64,000 nucleotides of DNA, taken from positions 20,026,001 to 20,090,000 of the forward strand of contig OZ360246.1 of NCBI GenBank assembly GCA_977017645.1, read 5' to 3'. The translations under genes and the position numbers were made by a program. The notes under the pieces were generated by a model. That model did not search any database, was not told the DNA's origin, and worked only from the letters and a program-made list of their open reading frames with translations. Within the stretch, counting starts at the first letter, position 1, and each line of letters begins with the position of its first letter. The DNA is from Torpedo marmorata (lineage: Eukaryota). Shown one piece after another: positions 25,926 through 38,976 of the stretch.

Positions 25926-27603
25926 TTTGGGATTGAGATTACAGAGATGGGGAGAGGGTGAAGAATACAGAGATGGGGAAAGGGTGAACATTACAGTGAG
26001 GGGAGGTTACAGAAGCAAATGAAAAGGGACAGCTGACAACATCACAGGTAGTGCTGCAGGCACTGTAATTTTAATGGTTCTATTTACTATAGTACCCCAT
26101 CTCTAACACCCACATCAGTCAGTCTGGACCGACACTTAAGGTGAACCATTATCATTTAACTTGGATGATCAATTACGGACTTCATTTTTCTCCAGCATCT
26201 TGTGAACACTGCAAGAGCATTCCTCCTTATGAGGCTGTTTTATATCCTTCTTCTCTTCATCCACTACTAAATGCCATGCCTTTTGCAGCCCAGGTCATGA
26301 GAAATCTGTTTAAACTTCTTTGCCTCTTCAACGCCCACTCCAGTTACATATATCCTCTTTAACCAAGCTGTTGGTAACCAGTCCCAATATGTGTTTTATG
26401 TGCCTCAGTGCCGATAGATGTCATACAAATGCTATTACTGTTGATTGTATTTCTCTTTCAAGTCAAGTCAAGTTTATTGTCATCTGATTGTACAAGTACA
26501 ACCCGACGAAACAGCGTTCTCCGGTCCTCGGTGCAAAACACGCAGACACACAACCAGACATAACACACATACAGACAAATAATACACATGCAGGACGTAT
26601 TTTATCAATTAAAAATAAATAAATAAATAGACATTATTTTGTACAAATGAGTCTCGGATGGTTAGTGAGAGCAGTTCATTTGGTCGTTCAGCATTCTCAC
26701 TGCTCTTGTTGGTCTAATGCTGCTGATTATTATGGGCATTGGATCAAACAGACCAGCTTTATTTGGAATTCTCCTGGTAAAATTGTCTCTGAATGGTGGA
26801 GGATTAATCTCCCCTGATCTTGGGTCCTGTGATCAATACCCTGGAGTGAAGCATGATCGGAGATCATTACAAAGCTGGATGCAGTCCACAGTGACTTGGA
26901 CTGGACATCTGGGAGAGACAAGAGACTGCTCACCAATCGCTCTATTTCCATCTATAACAGTGAACACGTGCAGCAGAGCCCGTGGGTGTAAATACAGTGT
27001 CTGAGAAAATAATAGCTGGTTGTAGAGATGAATGTAGTTCCTCTCATTGGGTTTGTGCAGAGATAACAAATGAGAGAACAGGAGAGAGAGGGAGAGAGAG
27101 AGAGGACTGGGATAAACATTATCTTCAACCCTAGGGTGAAATTTTGTACCTCAGAGAATGAAGCACATCGCAGCTGTTTCTCAAACATTTTCTGTTCATG
27201 TTTGTGATCCAGTAATGACAAAAGGAATCTGGTGTATTAATTAAGATACTATGTGTGTTACTGTACTGATAGTGCAGACACCAGGCACCCCCAGGGCTCA
27301 TAAAAGAGGAATGCTTCACTAACTGGGGCACTAAGAAAAACTGCAAGCAACATCCCAGGTATGTGGCAGGTTAGTGAATCTCTGCTGGGCTGACTGTTGA
27401 GTTTTATAATTATTTAAATGCCACACGAATCAGTGGGAAACTCAGTTGGGATTTTAGCTGCAGAATACTGTTCAGCAATTGTTGAGGGATCACGTGTGAC
27501 TGCATGTTGGACAAAACAGATTGTTATGTACTGGCTATAAGATCCATGACCACTCTGACCTACAGAAGGTCTCACAGGATGAATGGACATTCAGGAATAG
27601 CAG

Positions 27604-30082
27604 TGAACCCCAGGGAGAGTCAGCACCATCAGGGGAGGGGACTGAACCCCAGGGAGAGTCAGCACCATCAGGGGAGGGGACTGAACCCCAGGGAGAGTCA
27701 GCACCGTCAGGGGAGGAGGGGACTGAACCCCAGGGAGAGTCAGCACCGTCAGGGGAGGAGGGGACTGAACCCCAGGGAGAGTCAGCACCGTCAGGGGAGG
27801 AGGGGACTGAACCCCAGGGAGAGTCAGCACCGTCAGGGGAGGAGGGGACTGAACCTCAGGGAGAGTCAGCACTGTCAGGGGAGGAGGGGACTGAACCCCA
27901 GGGAGAGTCAGCACCGTCAGGGGAGGGGACTGAACCCCAGGGAGAGTCAGCACCGTCAGGGGAGGAAGGGACTGAACCCCAGGGAGAGTCAGCACCGTCA
28001 GGGGAGGAGGGGACTGAACCTCAGGGAGAGTCAGCACTGTCAGGGGAGGAGGGGACTGAACCCCAGGGAGAGTCAGCACCGTCAGGGGAGGGGACTGAAC
28101 CCCAGGGAGAGTCAGCACTGTCAGGGGAGGGACTGAACCCCAGGGAGAGTCAGCACCGTCAGGGGAGGGACTGAACCTCAGGGAGAGTCAGCACTGTCAG
28201 GGGAGGAGGGGACTGAACCCCAGGGAGAGTCAGCACCGTCAGGGGAGGAGGGGACTGAACCCCAGGGAGAGTCAGCACCATCAGGGGAAGGGACTGAACC
28301 CCAGGGAGAGTCAGCACTGTCAGGGGAGGGACTGAACCCCAGGGAGAGTCAGCACCGTCAGGGGAGGGGACTGAACCCCAGGGAGAGTCAGCACCGTCAG
28401 GGGAGGAAGGGACTGAATCCCAGGGAGAGTCAGCACCGTCAGGGGAGGGACTGAACCCCAGGGAGAGTCAGCACCGTCAGGGGAGGAAGGGACTGAACCC
28501 CAGGGAGAGTCAGCACCGTCAGGGGAGGAGGGGATTGAACCCCAGGGAGAGTCAGCACCGTCAGGGGAGGAGGGGACTGAACCCCAGGGAGAGTCAGCAC
28601 CGTCAGGGGAGGAGGGGACTGAACCCCAGGGAGAGTCAGCACCGTCAGGGGAGGAGGGGATTGAACCCCAGGGAGAGTCAGCACCGTCAGGGGAGGAGGG
28701 GACTGAACCCCAGGGAGAGTCAGCACCGTCAGGGGAGGGGACTGAACCCCAGGGAGAGTCAGCACCGTCAGGGGAGGAAGGGACTGAACCCCAGGGAGAG
28801 TCAGCACCGTCAGGGGAGGAGGGGATTGAACCCCAGGGAGAGTCAGCACCGTCAGGGGAGGAGGGGACTGAACCCCAGGGAGAGTCAGCACCGTCAGGGG
28901 AGGAGGGGACTGAACCCCAGGGAGAGTCAGCACCGTCAGGGGAGGAGGGGATTGAACCCCAGGGAGAGTCAGCACCGTCAGGGGAGGGACTGAACCCCAG
29001 GGAGAGTCAGCACCGTCAGGGGAGGGGACTGAACCCCAGGGAGAGTCAGCACTGTCAGGGGAGGGGACTGAACCCCAGGGAGAGTCAGCACCGTCAGGGG
29101 AGGAAGGGACTGAACCCCAGGGAGAGTCAGCACCATCAGGGGAGGAAGGGACTGAACCCCAGGGAGAGTCAGCACCGTCAGGGGAGGAGGGGACTGAACC
29201 CCAGGGAGAGTCAGCACCGTCAGGGGAGGAGGGGATTGAACCCCAGGGAGAGTCAGCACCGTCAGGGGAGGGACTGAACCCCAGGGAGAGTCAGCACTGT
29301 CAGGGGAGGGGACTGAACCCCAGGGAGAGTCAGCACCGTCAGGGGAGGGGACTGAACCCCAGGGAGAGTCAGCACCGTCAGGGGAGGAGGGGACTGAACC
29401 CCAGGGAGAGTCAGCACCGTCAGGGGAGGAAGGGACTGAACCCCAGGGAGAGTCAGCACCGTCAGGGGAGGAGGGGACTGAACCCCAGGGAGAGTCAGCA
29501 CCGTCAGGGGAGGAGGGGACTGAACCCCAGGGAAAGTCAGCACCGTCAGGGGAGGAGGGGACTGAACCCCAGGGAGAGTCAGCACCGTCAGGGGAGGAGG
29601 GGACTGAACCCCAGGGAGAGTCAGCACCGTCAGGGGAGGAGGGGACTGAACCCCAGGGAGAGTCAGCATCGTCAGGGGAGGAGGGGACTGAACCCCAGGG
29701 AGAGTCAGCACCGTCAGGGGAGGAGGGGACTGAACCCCAGGGAGAGTCAGCACCGTCAGGGGAGGAGGGGACTGAACCCCAGGGAGAGTCAGCACCGTCA
29801 GGGGAGGAGGGGACTGAACCCCAGGGAGAGTCAGCACCGTCAGGGGAGGAGGGGACTGAACCCCAGGGAGAGTCAGCACCGTCAGGGGAGGAGGGGACTG
29901 AACCCCAGGGAGAGTCAGCACCGTCAGGGGAGGAGGGGACTGAACCCCAGGGAGAGTCAGCACCGTCAGGGGAGGAGGGGACTGAACCCCAGGGAGAGTC
30001 AGCACTGTCAGGGGAGGGACTGAATCCCAGGGAGAGTCAGCACCGTCAGGGGAGGGACTGAATCCCAGGGAGAGTCAGCACC
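27604..30082 (+). repeat. G-rich minisatellite, 42/39/38-bp units (gactgaaccccagggagagtcagcaccgtcaggggaggaggg), about 60 copies
   Basis: Perfect tandem array seen directly; it explains ORFs 27504-30005. Confidence 0.98.
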
Positions 30083-30759
30083 TTTGGGAAATCAATTACT
30101 GTATGATGGGACTGTTTTTGTCTAGGATTATAGAGCAAATTACCAGCCAGTTTTATTCTCCATTTCAGAAAAGAAACCCAAGTAAGTTGTAAAACTGTCT
30201 CCCAAATTTGCTCTCACCCTCTTTGTGCTGACATCTGTAGTGATTTTCTTTCTCCCCAAGTGCACTGTCTGAATCTGAAATTGTCAGCATATTTTGAGGT
30301 TTACTGAGATAACAACTACAGTGACAGCTGCTCGCTGTTATAAACTATGACCGATTAATGGGAGGTTAATATTTCACATTAAGATTTCATTTCAAAAAAT
30401 CTTTGACACAAATTTATTTTGAAAAACTGTCGGGCCCTGAATTCAGACTCCTAATAAGTACCGGTATATTAAAAAAAACACTTTCAATACACAGCTTACT
30501 GGACATTTGATCAGGGAGTGAAACCGTTGAGTTTAACAGTGAAGCACAGGTTTGATATGAATTTACGTTACAGTTTGAAGAGATAAAAAAACAAAGCAGG
30601 TTCTGAGTGGCAAGCAGTTTTAGGCGAGAATGGTGGGTAAGAGACAAAGTGAGAAATGTCAAAGCAAATTGCTGTTGACAGAGTTAATAACTGCACCTTA
30701 CAGACATAATTACATGTAAATAAATAGTGAAATAGGCTCAGCTGGAGTCTGAGCGAAGA

Positions 30760-31310
30760 CGAGCATCCACTTGGAGCAGTCACCAGCTGAGAATTCTGAG
30801 TGGGCACAGGTTTAACCCAGTGAATACCATTGCTGAGTGACAATTGCTTTAACTCCAAGAGTGCCAAGTCTTAGTATGCATAAATTTAACTCAATGAGTG
30901 TATATTCTGAGTCTGCAAGGACTTAACCCAGAGGCTGTCAAATCTGACTGGCCACAGGTCTAATCTTGAGAATGCTGTCACAATTAGGCACAGGTTTAAC
31001 TCTTACAGTGCCGACTCTTGTGGGATGTGTTTAACACTATGGGACCCAAATCTTTGAGTATCGATTATTATGAGCATGAGTGCAACAAAGCAGTGCTAAC
31101 TCTACTTGGGCACAGGCTTAACCTGATTAGTATTGACTGGGCAGTTTTAACTCAGAGAATGCTAATTTTGAGTGGAGAGAGGTTTAACTCTGAGACTGCT
31201 GACCTTAACAGGACAAGTTTTTAACCCTGAGAGTGCAAAAGGGAACGTTTAATTAAAACATTTCAAATCTAAGTGACCAGATTTAACCCTGAGTGCTGAT
31301 TCAAAATGTA
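30760..31310. repeat. Degenerate tandem repeat of about 35 bp (ggcacaggtttaacyc..gagtgctgaytct)
   Basis: The motif tttaacYc recurs about 12 times. Confidence 0.65.
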
Positions 31311-34300
31311 TATTAGTTTAGGGTTACTGAGTTTGTGTACATACGGACACATACACGCAAACAAACCCACATAAATAAACAGAGATTCAAACACTCATAC
31401 ACACTCAAATTCACATGCACGCAAGCCATCAAAAAATAAACTCACATATGCGCATTCATTCAGAGCATTTAAACATAATGCACAAACACTTAAATATAAC
31501 CCAGCACTGAACGTATGCAGACAAATGTATGAGTCAGGATCGCACACCTTCTCACTCATAAATACACTCACACATTGAATAACACTGGCACGCGTGCACA
31601 TCACACCATGCACATACATGCTTACACACACACATCTGTGCATGCACACACACAGACACACATGCATACACACACGGACACACACACACTCAGACACACA
31701 CGTTTACACTGGGTGTGCTTTTCAACTGATGTATAATGGATTACTTTCACAAGTATGACAGGAACTAAAGGTCACTCTAAGACATAATTTGTTCATTTAT
31801 TCTGCTGATTCCCCAGTAGTCACTGTCTGAAAGGGTAACGAAAGAGACTCAATACTTTTCCAGAAGGGATTTGATAAATACCTAAAGTGGAAAGAAACAC
31901 CAGGCTACATGGGAAGCGGGCAGGAGCAGAAGAATGGATAGGTTTACAAGAGCTGGCACAGGCTTGGTGGGCCAAAGAACATCCATCTGTGGAGCGTTTT
32001 ACAGTGAGTCCATGTTCTTGGAATCAGGAAACCTGGCAGGCATTGCAGCATCCATCTGTGCTCATCGTGATCTTGCCTGATATGTGAAAAAGCAAATAAT
32101 CTTACATCCCGTCCAAACGTGGTGAATAACAATAGAGAATTTTGTCCTCCAAGTCAGCCTCACTGAATCTTCTGCAGTCACAGGGTGAGAAAAGGAAGGA
32201 GCCAGAGCTTGGAGGAGACCAGGGATTAATTACAGGGCCCGCCCCTGTCAGTCTGGTATTTGTAACTAACGGAAAGCACATGCAGTCAATTGACCTTTCT
32301 GTCTTGACTAGGCTTTCAATATCTGTCTGTTTGTCACCACATCTAATGTTCCTTGTACAACAGGCAGTGGATCAGCGATGATGATGTGTCAGAGGGATGG
32401 GTGCTTGGAGAGGCACACTATGTCTCTGAGAGTTTCTGATAACAGAAGCTCAGTTGGAGGAGAGGGAGGGATGAGGAGAGATAGGGAGGACGGGGGAATT
32501 GGGTGAGAGGGATTGAGAGAAAGGAGGATTGAGAAGAATAAGAGGGAAAGAGAGAGAGCATAAGAGGTAGTGAGGGAAATGAGAGGAGAGAGGAATGAAT
32601 GAGGAAGGAAGAATAAAATAGGAAAGGGGAGGGAAAAGAGGAAGTTGAAGAAGAGACAGCTTGTAACAGGGGGAGAGAAAGGGAGAGGAAGAGAGAGAGT
32701 GAGGGATAAACAGGAGAGGCAACACTGACTGCTATTTTCTCGACAAGACCTCTCACTATCTGAATTAAATGGAAGTGTTAAATTCAGTGCAGTGCAGGGA
32801 ATGTTTGTACCAATACAGCAGAGTTTGTAGGGAACAACAGTAATCAGTATTTGAACCTTATGGGCAGAAGGAGAGTCAAAGATTTACAAAGGGAAAACAG
32901 GAGAGATTGGGGCAAACATTTAGAGCCATCTTTCTCCGTCCCCCAATGCCCCCTCTGTACAGGTACTTCAGAACATTTTAAATGCCGGACTTGAAATATT
33001 TACTCTATTCTGAAGCACCTATACAGAGTTCTCTGTTCCAGACATGGATTTTACTGTAATTCCACAGATTGGCCAGCTGCTGGTGTGATGGGTTGTATAC
33101 AATGCTGGGGTTCTGTTCTTATCTTCAACAGACACTTGCCAGGAATAACTGAAAACCACTTGCTCAGACTGGAAGTGGTTGTGAAGTTTGCCTGGGGCAG
33201 TAGATCAAAGGGGAGAGAACATCTCTCTCATTCCCTCGCTCCACATTCACCGGGTTGATAGCGGCTCACTAAACATCAAATGCAGCCCTTCTCCCTCCAA
33301 CTAATCATCCAATATTCTAATTACAATGATTCACAAATTTCTCTCTTCCTACTTATCTAATAAAGTAAATGCAACATGGCTCCTGATGGTGAATCCCTGG
33401 GTCCAATAATGAACTTCCATTGAGGAGCATTAAAGTCATCTATTGTTCATTGATAATTGGAAGTGTGGAGGACAATGTAAGACTGACAAATACCAGAATC
33501 ATGGCACCTGTAGACCTTAATGCAAGTCTTGTGGACCTACCTACCCTATCTCCCAAAGGTGTTGGCTGCCAACCTCCACCGTCTCAATTCTAGTTTTGGT
33601 TCAATGACCTTTGCCCTCCCACCATGAGGGCCGTTCAGAGCCAATCTCAATCTTAAGGATCGATTCCCACTGCTCTTGCTGGATGTGAATGGGGGAATTT
33701 CAGAAGGAGGCTCCAAAGAGGCCTCAGCTTCAAGTAATCCAGCCCTTTTAATGTGGTAATTGATGCTTTACATTTTACCAGTGGGTCACAGCTTGTTTCC
33801 ATGTGGGTCTTTCAAAATGTTAAATAAAATACTTTAAATTAGATAAAGATGTGTTTCTTACAGACCTCTCCTTTGACTTGAAAATATTGCCCAGTCATTG
33901 CCACTAGTGGGCCATGGCATGTTAGGCCAGAAGCCAGGTGGGCCTTAGACTGAAAAAGGTTGAGAACCACTGCATTAGAATGTGAGATAGAGAATGAGAG
34001 AGGGTCCTTACTGGGATGGATAACTCAGCAATGTCACTGAATGTAAAGCATGCTGAACACCATTATAACTCTTTCCAATAACTTCGGCAATGCACAGAAG
34101 GGAGCAGGTAGCAGCATGTGCTGAATTATTTCTGTCGGTACCAGAGTTGCAGAATTGATCTTCAGAAACGACCTCGGAAGAGATCTGACCTGCGCCCCAC
34201 AAATGCGTATGATATCTCATCCACCCTCAAATTCTGTGCTCTTCTCTTCCCTCGACACGGTTCTCAACTACCATCTCCACGCTGTAACCCTGGATTTTCC

Positions 34301-35622
34301 ATGAAGCCCCATCTCACCCTGAGAATGACATATCCTCAGCCCCACACCTGTAGAAGGGATTATTGCCCATGTCAGACTGACAGGACAGAAAAGTTTCCGG
34401 CCTACATAAATGGCTATGGTTCCAGTGATGCCGAGAGAAACAACCTCTGTGACCTTTCTGTTTTTCTTGATGCATTTAATTTGGTGTTTAGCTTCCCAGT
34501 GTTTTCTGTCATCCAGAGAGAACAGGGAATCTGCCCTTCTGCTGGTCAAAGCAACTATCTGTGGGTTGGATCTTGTCATGTGGAATTCTTGCCTCTTTAT
34601 CCACCAGTCAGGAGTTTAGGCATTGGTGAGCTGGGACTCCGAATACGGCCACACACAAATGGAGGGACCATTGTGATGCTGCATCCCTGAGATTTTATGC
34701 CACTGGTTGTGTCTTTACCTCTTGCCATCATCACCAAGGGTCATAAAATGTTGATTACAGAGACAATGGATTGTTCTCAGTAAAGTGGGAAATGCTTTTG
34801 AACTCTTCGATGTAGCTCCTCGGCCCACGTGTCTTGCAGTGGGTTACTATTGAGATTTGTATTCCTGTTCCTGGAGACCACAACCGTAAGAAACATCGGA
34901 ATCAAAATGGAATCATTCAGCACCTCAAAGTTGTTCTGGCATTCAATTAAGTCACGGCTGATCCGCAATTTAGCTCTATCTACTCTATAGCTCATAATAT
35001 CCTTCCCAATCTTAGTTTACAGATGTTCAACTGAAACCCTGCACCCTATCCCAACAGAGATCTGTATTTCTATTACTCTCTGTGAAGAAATGCTTCCCAA
35101 AAGCACGCATGATTGGCTGATTTTAATTTTGAGGTTTTGGCATCTTGCTCCAGTCTCCATACACAAGAGGAATTCCCTTCCCTCTAACTACCCAATGATA
35201 CCCTTTATTCACGTTGAAACATCTCACTTGAGTTCGAGACCCTTTGGGCTGCCAAAGGTTTCACCCAGCTTCAGATGCAACCCCCCCCAGGACTGCACAG
35301 TGCCAATAATGCATTGGGCTTGGTTTGTCCCACCGCGTGGGCAAGCTGTCCTGTAAGCAATAACATGGCATGACTCTGACAGGCAATGGGCAGAGAATGA
35401 TGGGCTCAGGTGTCTGTCCCTGGCAGAAGTTCCCACAGAGTAACATATTCCACTATTGCAGATGACTGAGTGAAATGGAACTAAAATTCTGAATGTTTTA
35501 AAATAAAATCTGCTTTGTATTTTGTGACAAAATTATTGGGGAGTGATTGCTCCTGGTAAAGAGATGCCTTCACACTCACTTTCATCTCAGTCTCTATCTC
35601 TGTCTCTCTGTCTGCCTGCCTG

Positions 35623-35653
<31 letters not shown>

Positions 35654-36404
35654 GTGGAGTTGTCCATTTCTTTATGTTTCTCCCTCTGGGATTCTCCGTT
35701 CTCTCTCCCTGTCCCTCTGTCACAGAATGTTCTTCTCCTCAATCCCCTGTTTTGGACTTTGATCAAATAAGTAATACAAAATTTAGCATTGCACAGTTTA
35801 AGAAAAATGTTGCGCTTATCAAGTTTACAAGATGGCTATGTGGCAGCCCACTCAAGGATCTTGGAGCAACAGTAGCATAAATGGAGTGAGAAAATATTAC
35901 TGGGATTACTAGCTTCTAAAAAAAAAATGGGATTTGTTCCAAAAGACAGTGGAAGCTGAAGAAAGGAACTTTCAACCAGTGCAAGAGCAGAGTGAGAAAT
36001 CTGTGAAAACTATTTAACAACCCCCTGAGGATGGCGAGAAGCTTAGTTTTCCATAGTCCTGCCATAAGATCATGATGATATCTCATGCCATGTGGCTGCA
36101 CTGTGGCCCTGCCAAGTTAGAGTACAGACATTGTTCGGGCTGTACCAGGTGCTACTAACATCCGCTTCTCAGACAAACTTTCTGCTCCACAGGGAACATG
36201 AAAATGAAGAACTTTCTGGCAAGTATATCATACCCACAGCCCCGCCTTCTCACAAGGAGTCAGGTCATGAGAAATTGGAAGCCTTCCAGAACAAGGCTTA
36301 ATGCATCCACTTTGGCTCCCACCGACTCACCAGCTTGAAATGGAAACTGATTCCCTCTATCCTAGGCTTACTTTCTCAAGCGTTTTGAAGGTCCTGATTC
36401 AGGA

Positions 36405-38058
36405 CCTGGGGTTCAGTCCCCTCCCCTGACGGTGCTGACTCTCCCTGGGGTTCAGTCCCCTCCCCTGACGGTGCTGACTCTCCCTGGGGTTCAGTCCCCT
36501 CCTCCCCTGACGGTGCTGACTCTCCCTGGGGTTCAATCCCCTCCTCCCCTGACGGTGCTGACTCTCCCTGGGGTTCAGTCCCCTCCTCCCCTGACGGTGC
36601 TGACTCTCCCTGGGGTTCAGTCCCCTCCTCCCCTGACGGTGCTGACTCTTCCTGGGGTTCAGTCCCCTCCTCCCCTGACGGTGATGACTCTCCCTGGGGT
36701 TCAGTCCCCTCCTCCCCTGACGGTGCTGACTCTCCCTGGGGTTCAGTCCCCTCCTCCCCTGACGGTGCTGACTCTCCCTGGGGTTCAGTCCCTTCCTCCC
36801 CTGACGGTGCTGACTCTTCCTGGGGTTCAGTCCCCTCCTCCCCTGACGGTGCTGACTCTTCCTGGGGTTCAGTCCCCTCCTCCCCTGACGGTGATGACTC
36901 TCCCTGGGGTTCAGTCCCCTCCTCCCCTGACGGTGCTGACTCTCCCTGGGGTTCAGTCCCCTCCCCTGACGGTGCTGACTCTCCCTGGGGTTCAGTCCCT
37001 TCCTCCCCTGACGGTGCTGACTCTTCCTGGGGTTCAGTCCCCTCCTCCCCTGACAGTGATGACTCTCCCTGGGGTTCAGTCCCCTCCTCCCCTGACGGTG
37101 CTGACTCTCCCTGGGGTTCAGTCCCCTCCTCCCCTGACGGTGCTGACTCTCCCTGGGGTTCAGTCCCCTCCTCCCCTGACGGTGCTGACTCTCCCTGGGG
37201 TTCAGTCCCCTCCTCCCCTGACGGTGCTGACTCTCCCTGGGGTTCAGTCCCCTCCTCCCCTGACGGTGCTGACTCTCCCTGGGGTTCAGTCCCATCCCCT
37301 GACGGTGCTGACTCTCCCTGGGGTTCAGTCCCTTCCTCCCCTGACAGTGCTGACTCTCCCTGGGGTTCAGTCCCCTCCTCCCCTGACGGTGCTGACTCTC
37401 CCTGGGGTTCAGTCCCCTCCTCCCCTGACGGTGCTGACTCTCCCTGGGGTTCAGTCCCCTCCTCCCCTGACGGTGCTGACTCTCCCTGGGGTTCAGTCCC
37501 CTCCTCCCCTGACGGTGCTGACTCTCCCTGGGGTTCAGTCCCCTCCCCTGACAGTGCTGACTCTCCCTGGGGTTCAGTCCCTTCCTCCCCTGACGGTGCT
37601 GACTCTCCCTGGGGTTCAGTCCCCTCCCCTGACGGTGCTGACTCTCCCTGGGGTTCAGTCCCCTCCCCTGACGGTGCTGACTCTCCCTGGGGTTCAGTCC
37701 CCTCCCCTGACGGTGCTGACTCTCCCTGGGGTTCAGTCCCCTCCCCTGACGGTGCTGACTCTCCCTGGGGTTCAGTCCCTTCCTCCCCTGACGGTGCTGA
37801 CTCTCCCTGGGGTTCAGTCCCCTCCCCTGACGGTGCTGACTCTCCCTGGGGTTCAGTCCCCTCCCCTGACGGTGCTGACTCTCCCTGGGGTTCAGTCCCT
37901 TCCTCCCCTGACGGTGCTGACTCTCCCTGGGGTTCAGTCCCCTCCCCTGACGGTGCTGACTCTCCCTGGGGTTCAGTCCCCTCCCCTGACGGTGCTGACT
38001 CTCCCTGGGGTTCAGTCCCCTCCTCCCCTGATGGTGCTGACACTCCCTGGGTTCAGTA
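36405..38058 (-). repeat. Same minisatellite in inverted orientation, 42/39-bp units, about 40 copies
   Basis: Exact reverse complement of the unit in 27604-30082; it explains the three 551-555 aa ORFs. Confidence 0.98.
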
Positions 38059-38776
38059 GCCCCCACCCAAAGGCACCGACTCCCTAGGATTCAGGTGTCT
38101 TCTTGCTCTGTATATAGATCCCCTCTGACATTTGCCTTTTTTTTTCTATATCAGGAGGTCCTTTTTACCCCATCTTACTCCCACATCTGGTGAGGGCTCT
38201 GCTCCTCATCTAACTTCTGCATTGGATCCATTTCTCACCCCAGCTTCCCTTCCTCTTCAGCGTGTCGTGTTCCCTGTCAAACTTGGTTCTCCTCCTGCTG
38301 AGGTGCCAACAGTTCTGAAACTGCTGTTCCGCAAACTCTTCTCATCGTGATTAGCACAAATTCCTGGAACATTTCCCAACCATTTTGTTTATCCCTACTG
38401 TCAATGTCTGCCCCTTTCTTCATTTTTCCTTCTCTAACAATCCATACCTATAAACCAAGATAGTTGCTGCCAATTATCACTTTCTGGTTTATCTCCCTCT
38501 TTACCCTGGGAACGGTTCTGCATTATGGACCACAGGCTTTAATCTGATGGATTCCAATCACTCTATTCAGTTTTCGAAGTAATCATGTGAACACTTGAAC
38601 GCTATTGGGATGATGAATGTTTGGAGTGAAAGTTAGCTCTACTGCCTGTGCCAGTGGGATGGAGGGTCCTGTTGTGTAGATTTGGGCTGAGCCCTTATCA
38701 CAGGGTGGTGCAAGTGAGATAGGGGGGCATGGGAGTGGGGAGAGGTGTTTGAGAATGCAGTTGCGTGAAAGCTGAC

Positions 38777-38976
38777 CTGTGGAGAGAGTCCATTGCTGAC
38801 CTGGTTCATGGAGTTGTTGGGTCCTGTTGGGTTCATGAAGCTGTCGGGGTAGCTGGAGAAGCCATGCCGATTGGATGCTAGGCCATAGGAGGCACTCTCC
38901 GCTGCAGCTGCCAGGCCGCTCTGATGCATGGACGAGGGTGGCAGTGGCTGTGGCCTGTGGACGGTGCTCCCTCCAT
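38777..38976 (-). CDS. pax7: Pax7 coding exon (equivalent to human exon 7)
   Basis: tctcag|AT GGA GGG AGC... gives (D)[66 protein letters not shown]|gtcagc. 200 bp, phase 1 to phase 0, in frame with both neighbouring exons. Closely resembles vertebrate PAX7. Confidence 0.96.

Noticed and set aside
27604-30082. Possible CRISPR-like array
   Set aside because: No unique spacers, no cas genes, vertebrate context; it is a pure minisatellite.
34118-34690. 190-aa ORF
   Set aside because: No recognisable domain or ATG start; lies antisense within the intron; probably chance or a decayed repeat.
36376-38087. Three 551-555 aa ORFs (e.g. TEPQGESAPSGEEG repeats)
   Set aside because: A by-product of stop-free 39/42-bp units; open in several frames on both strands, no ATG start, no convincing splice sites. 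The sister array is broken by 38-bp units.
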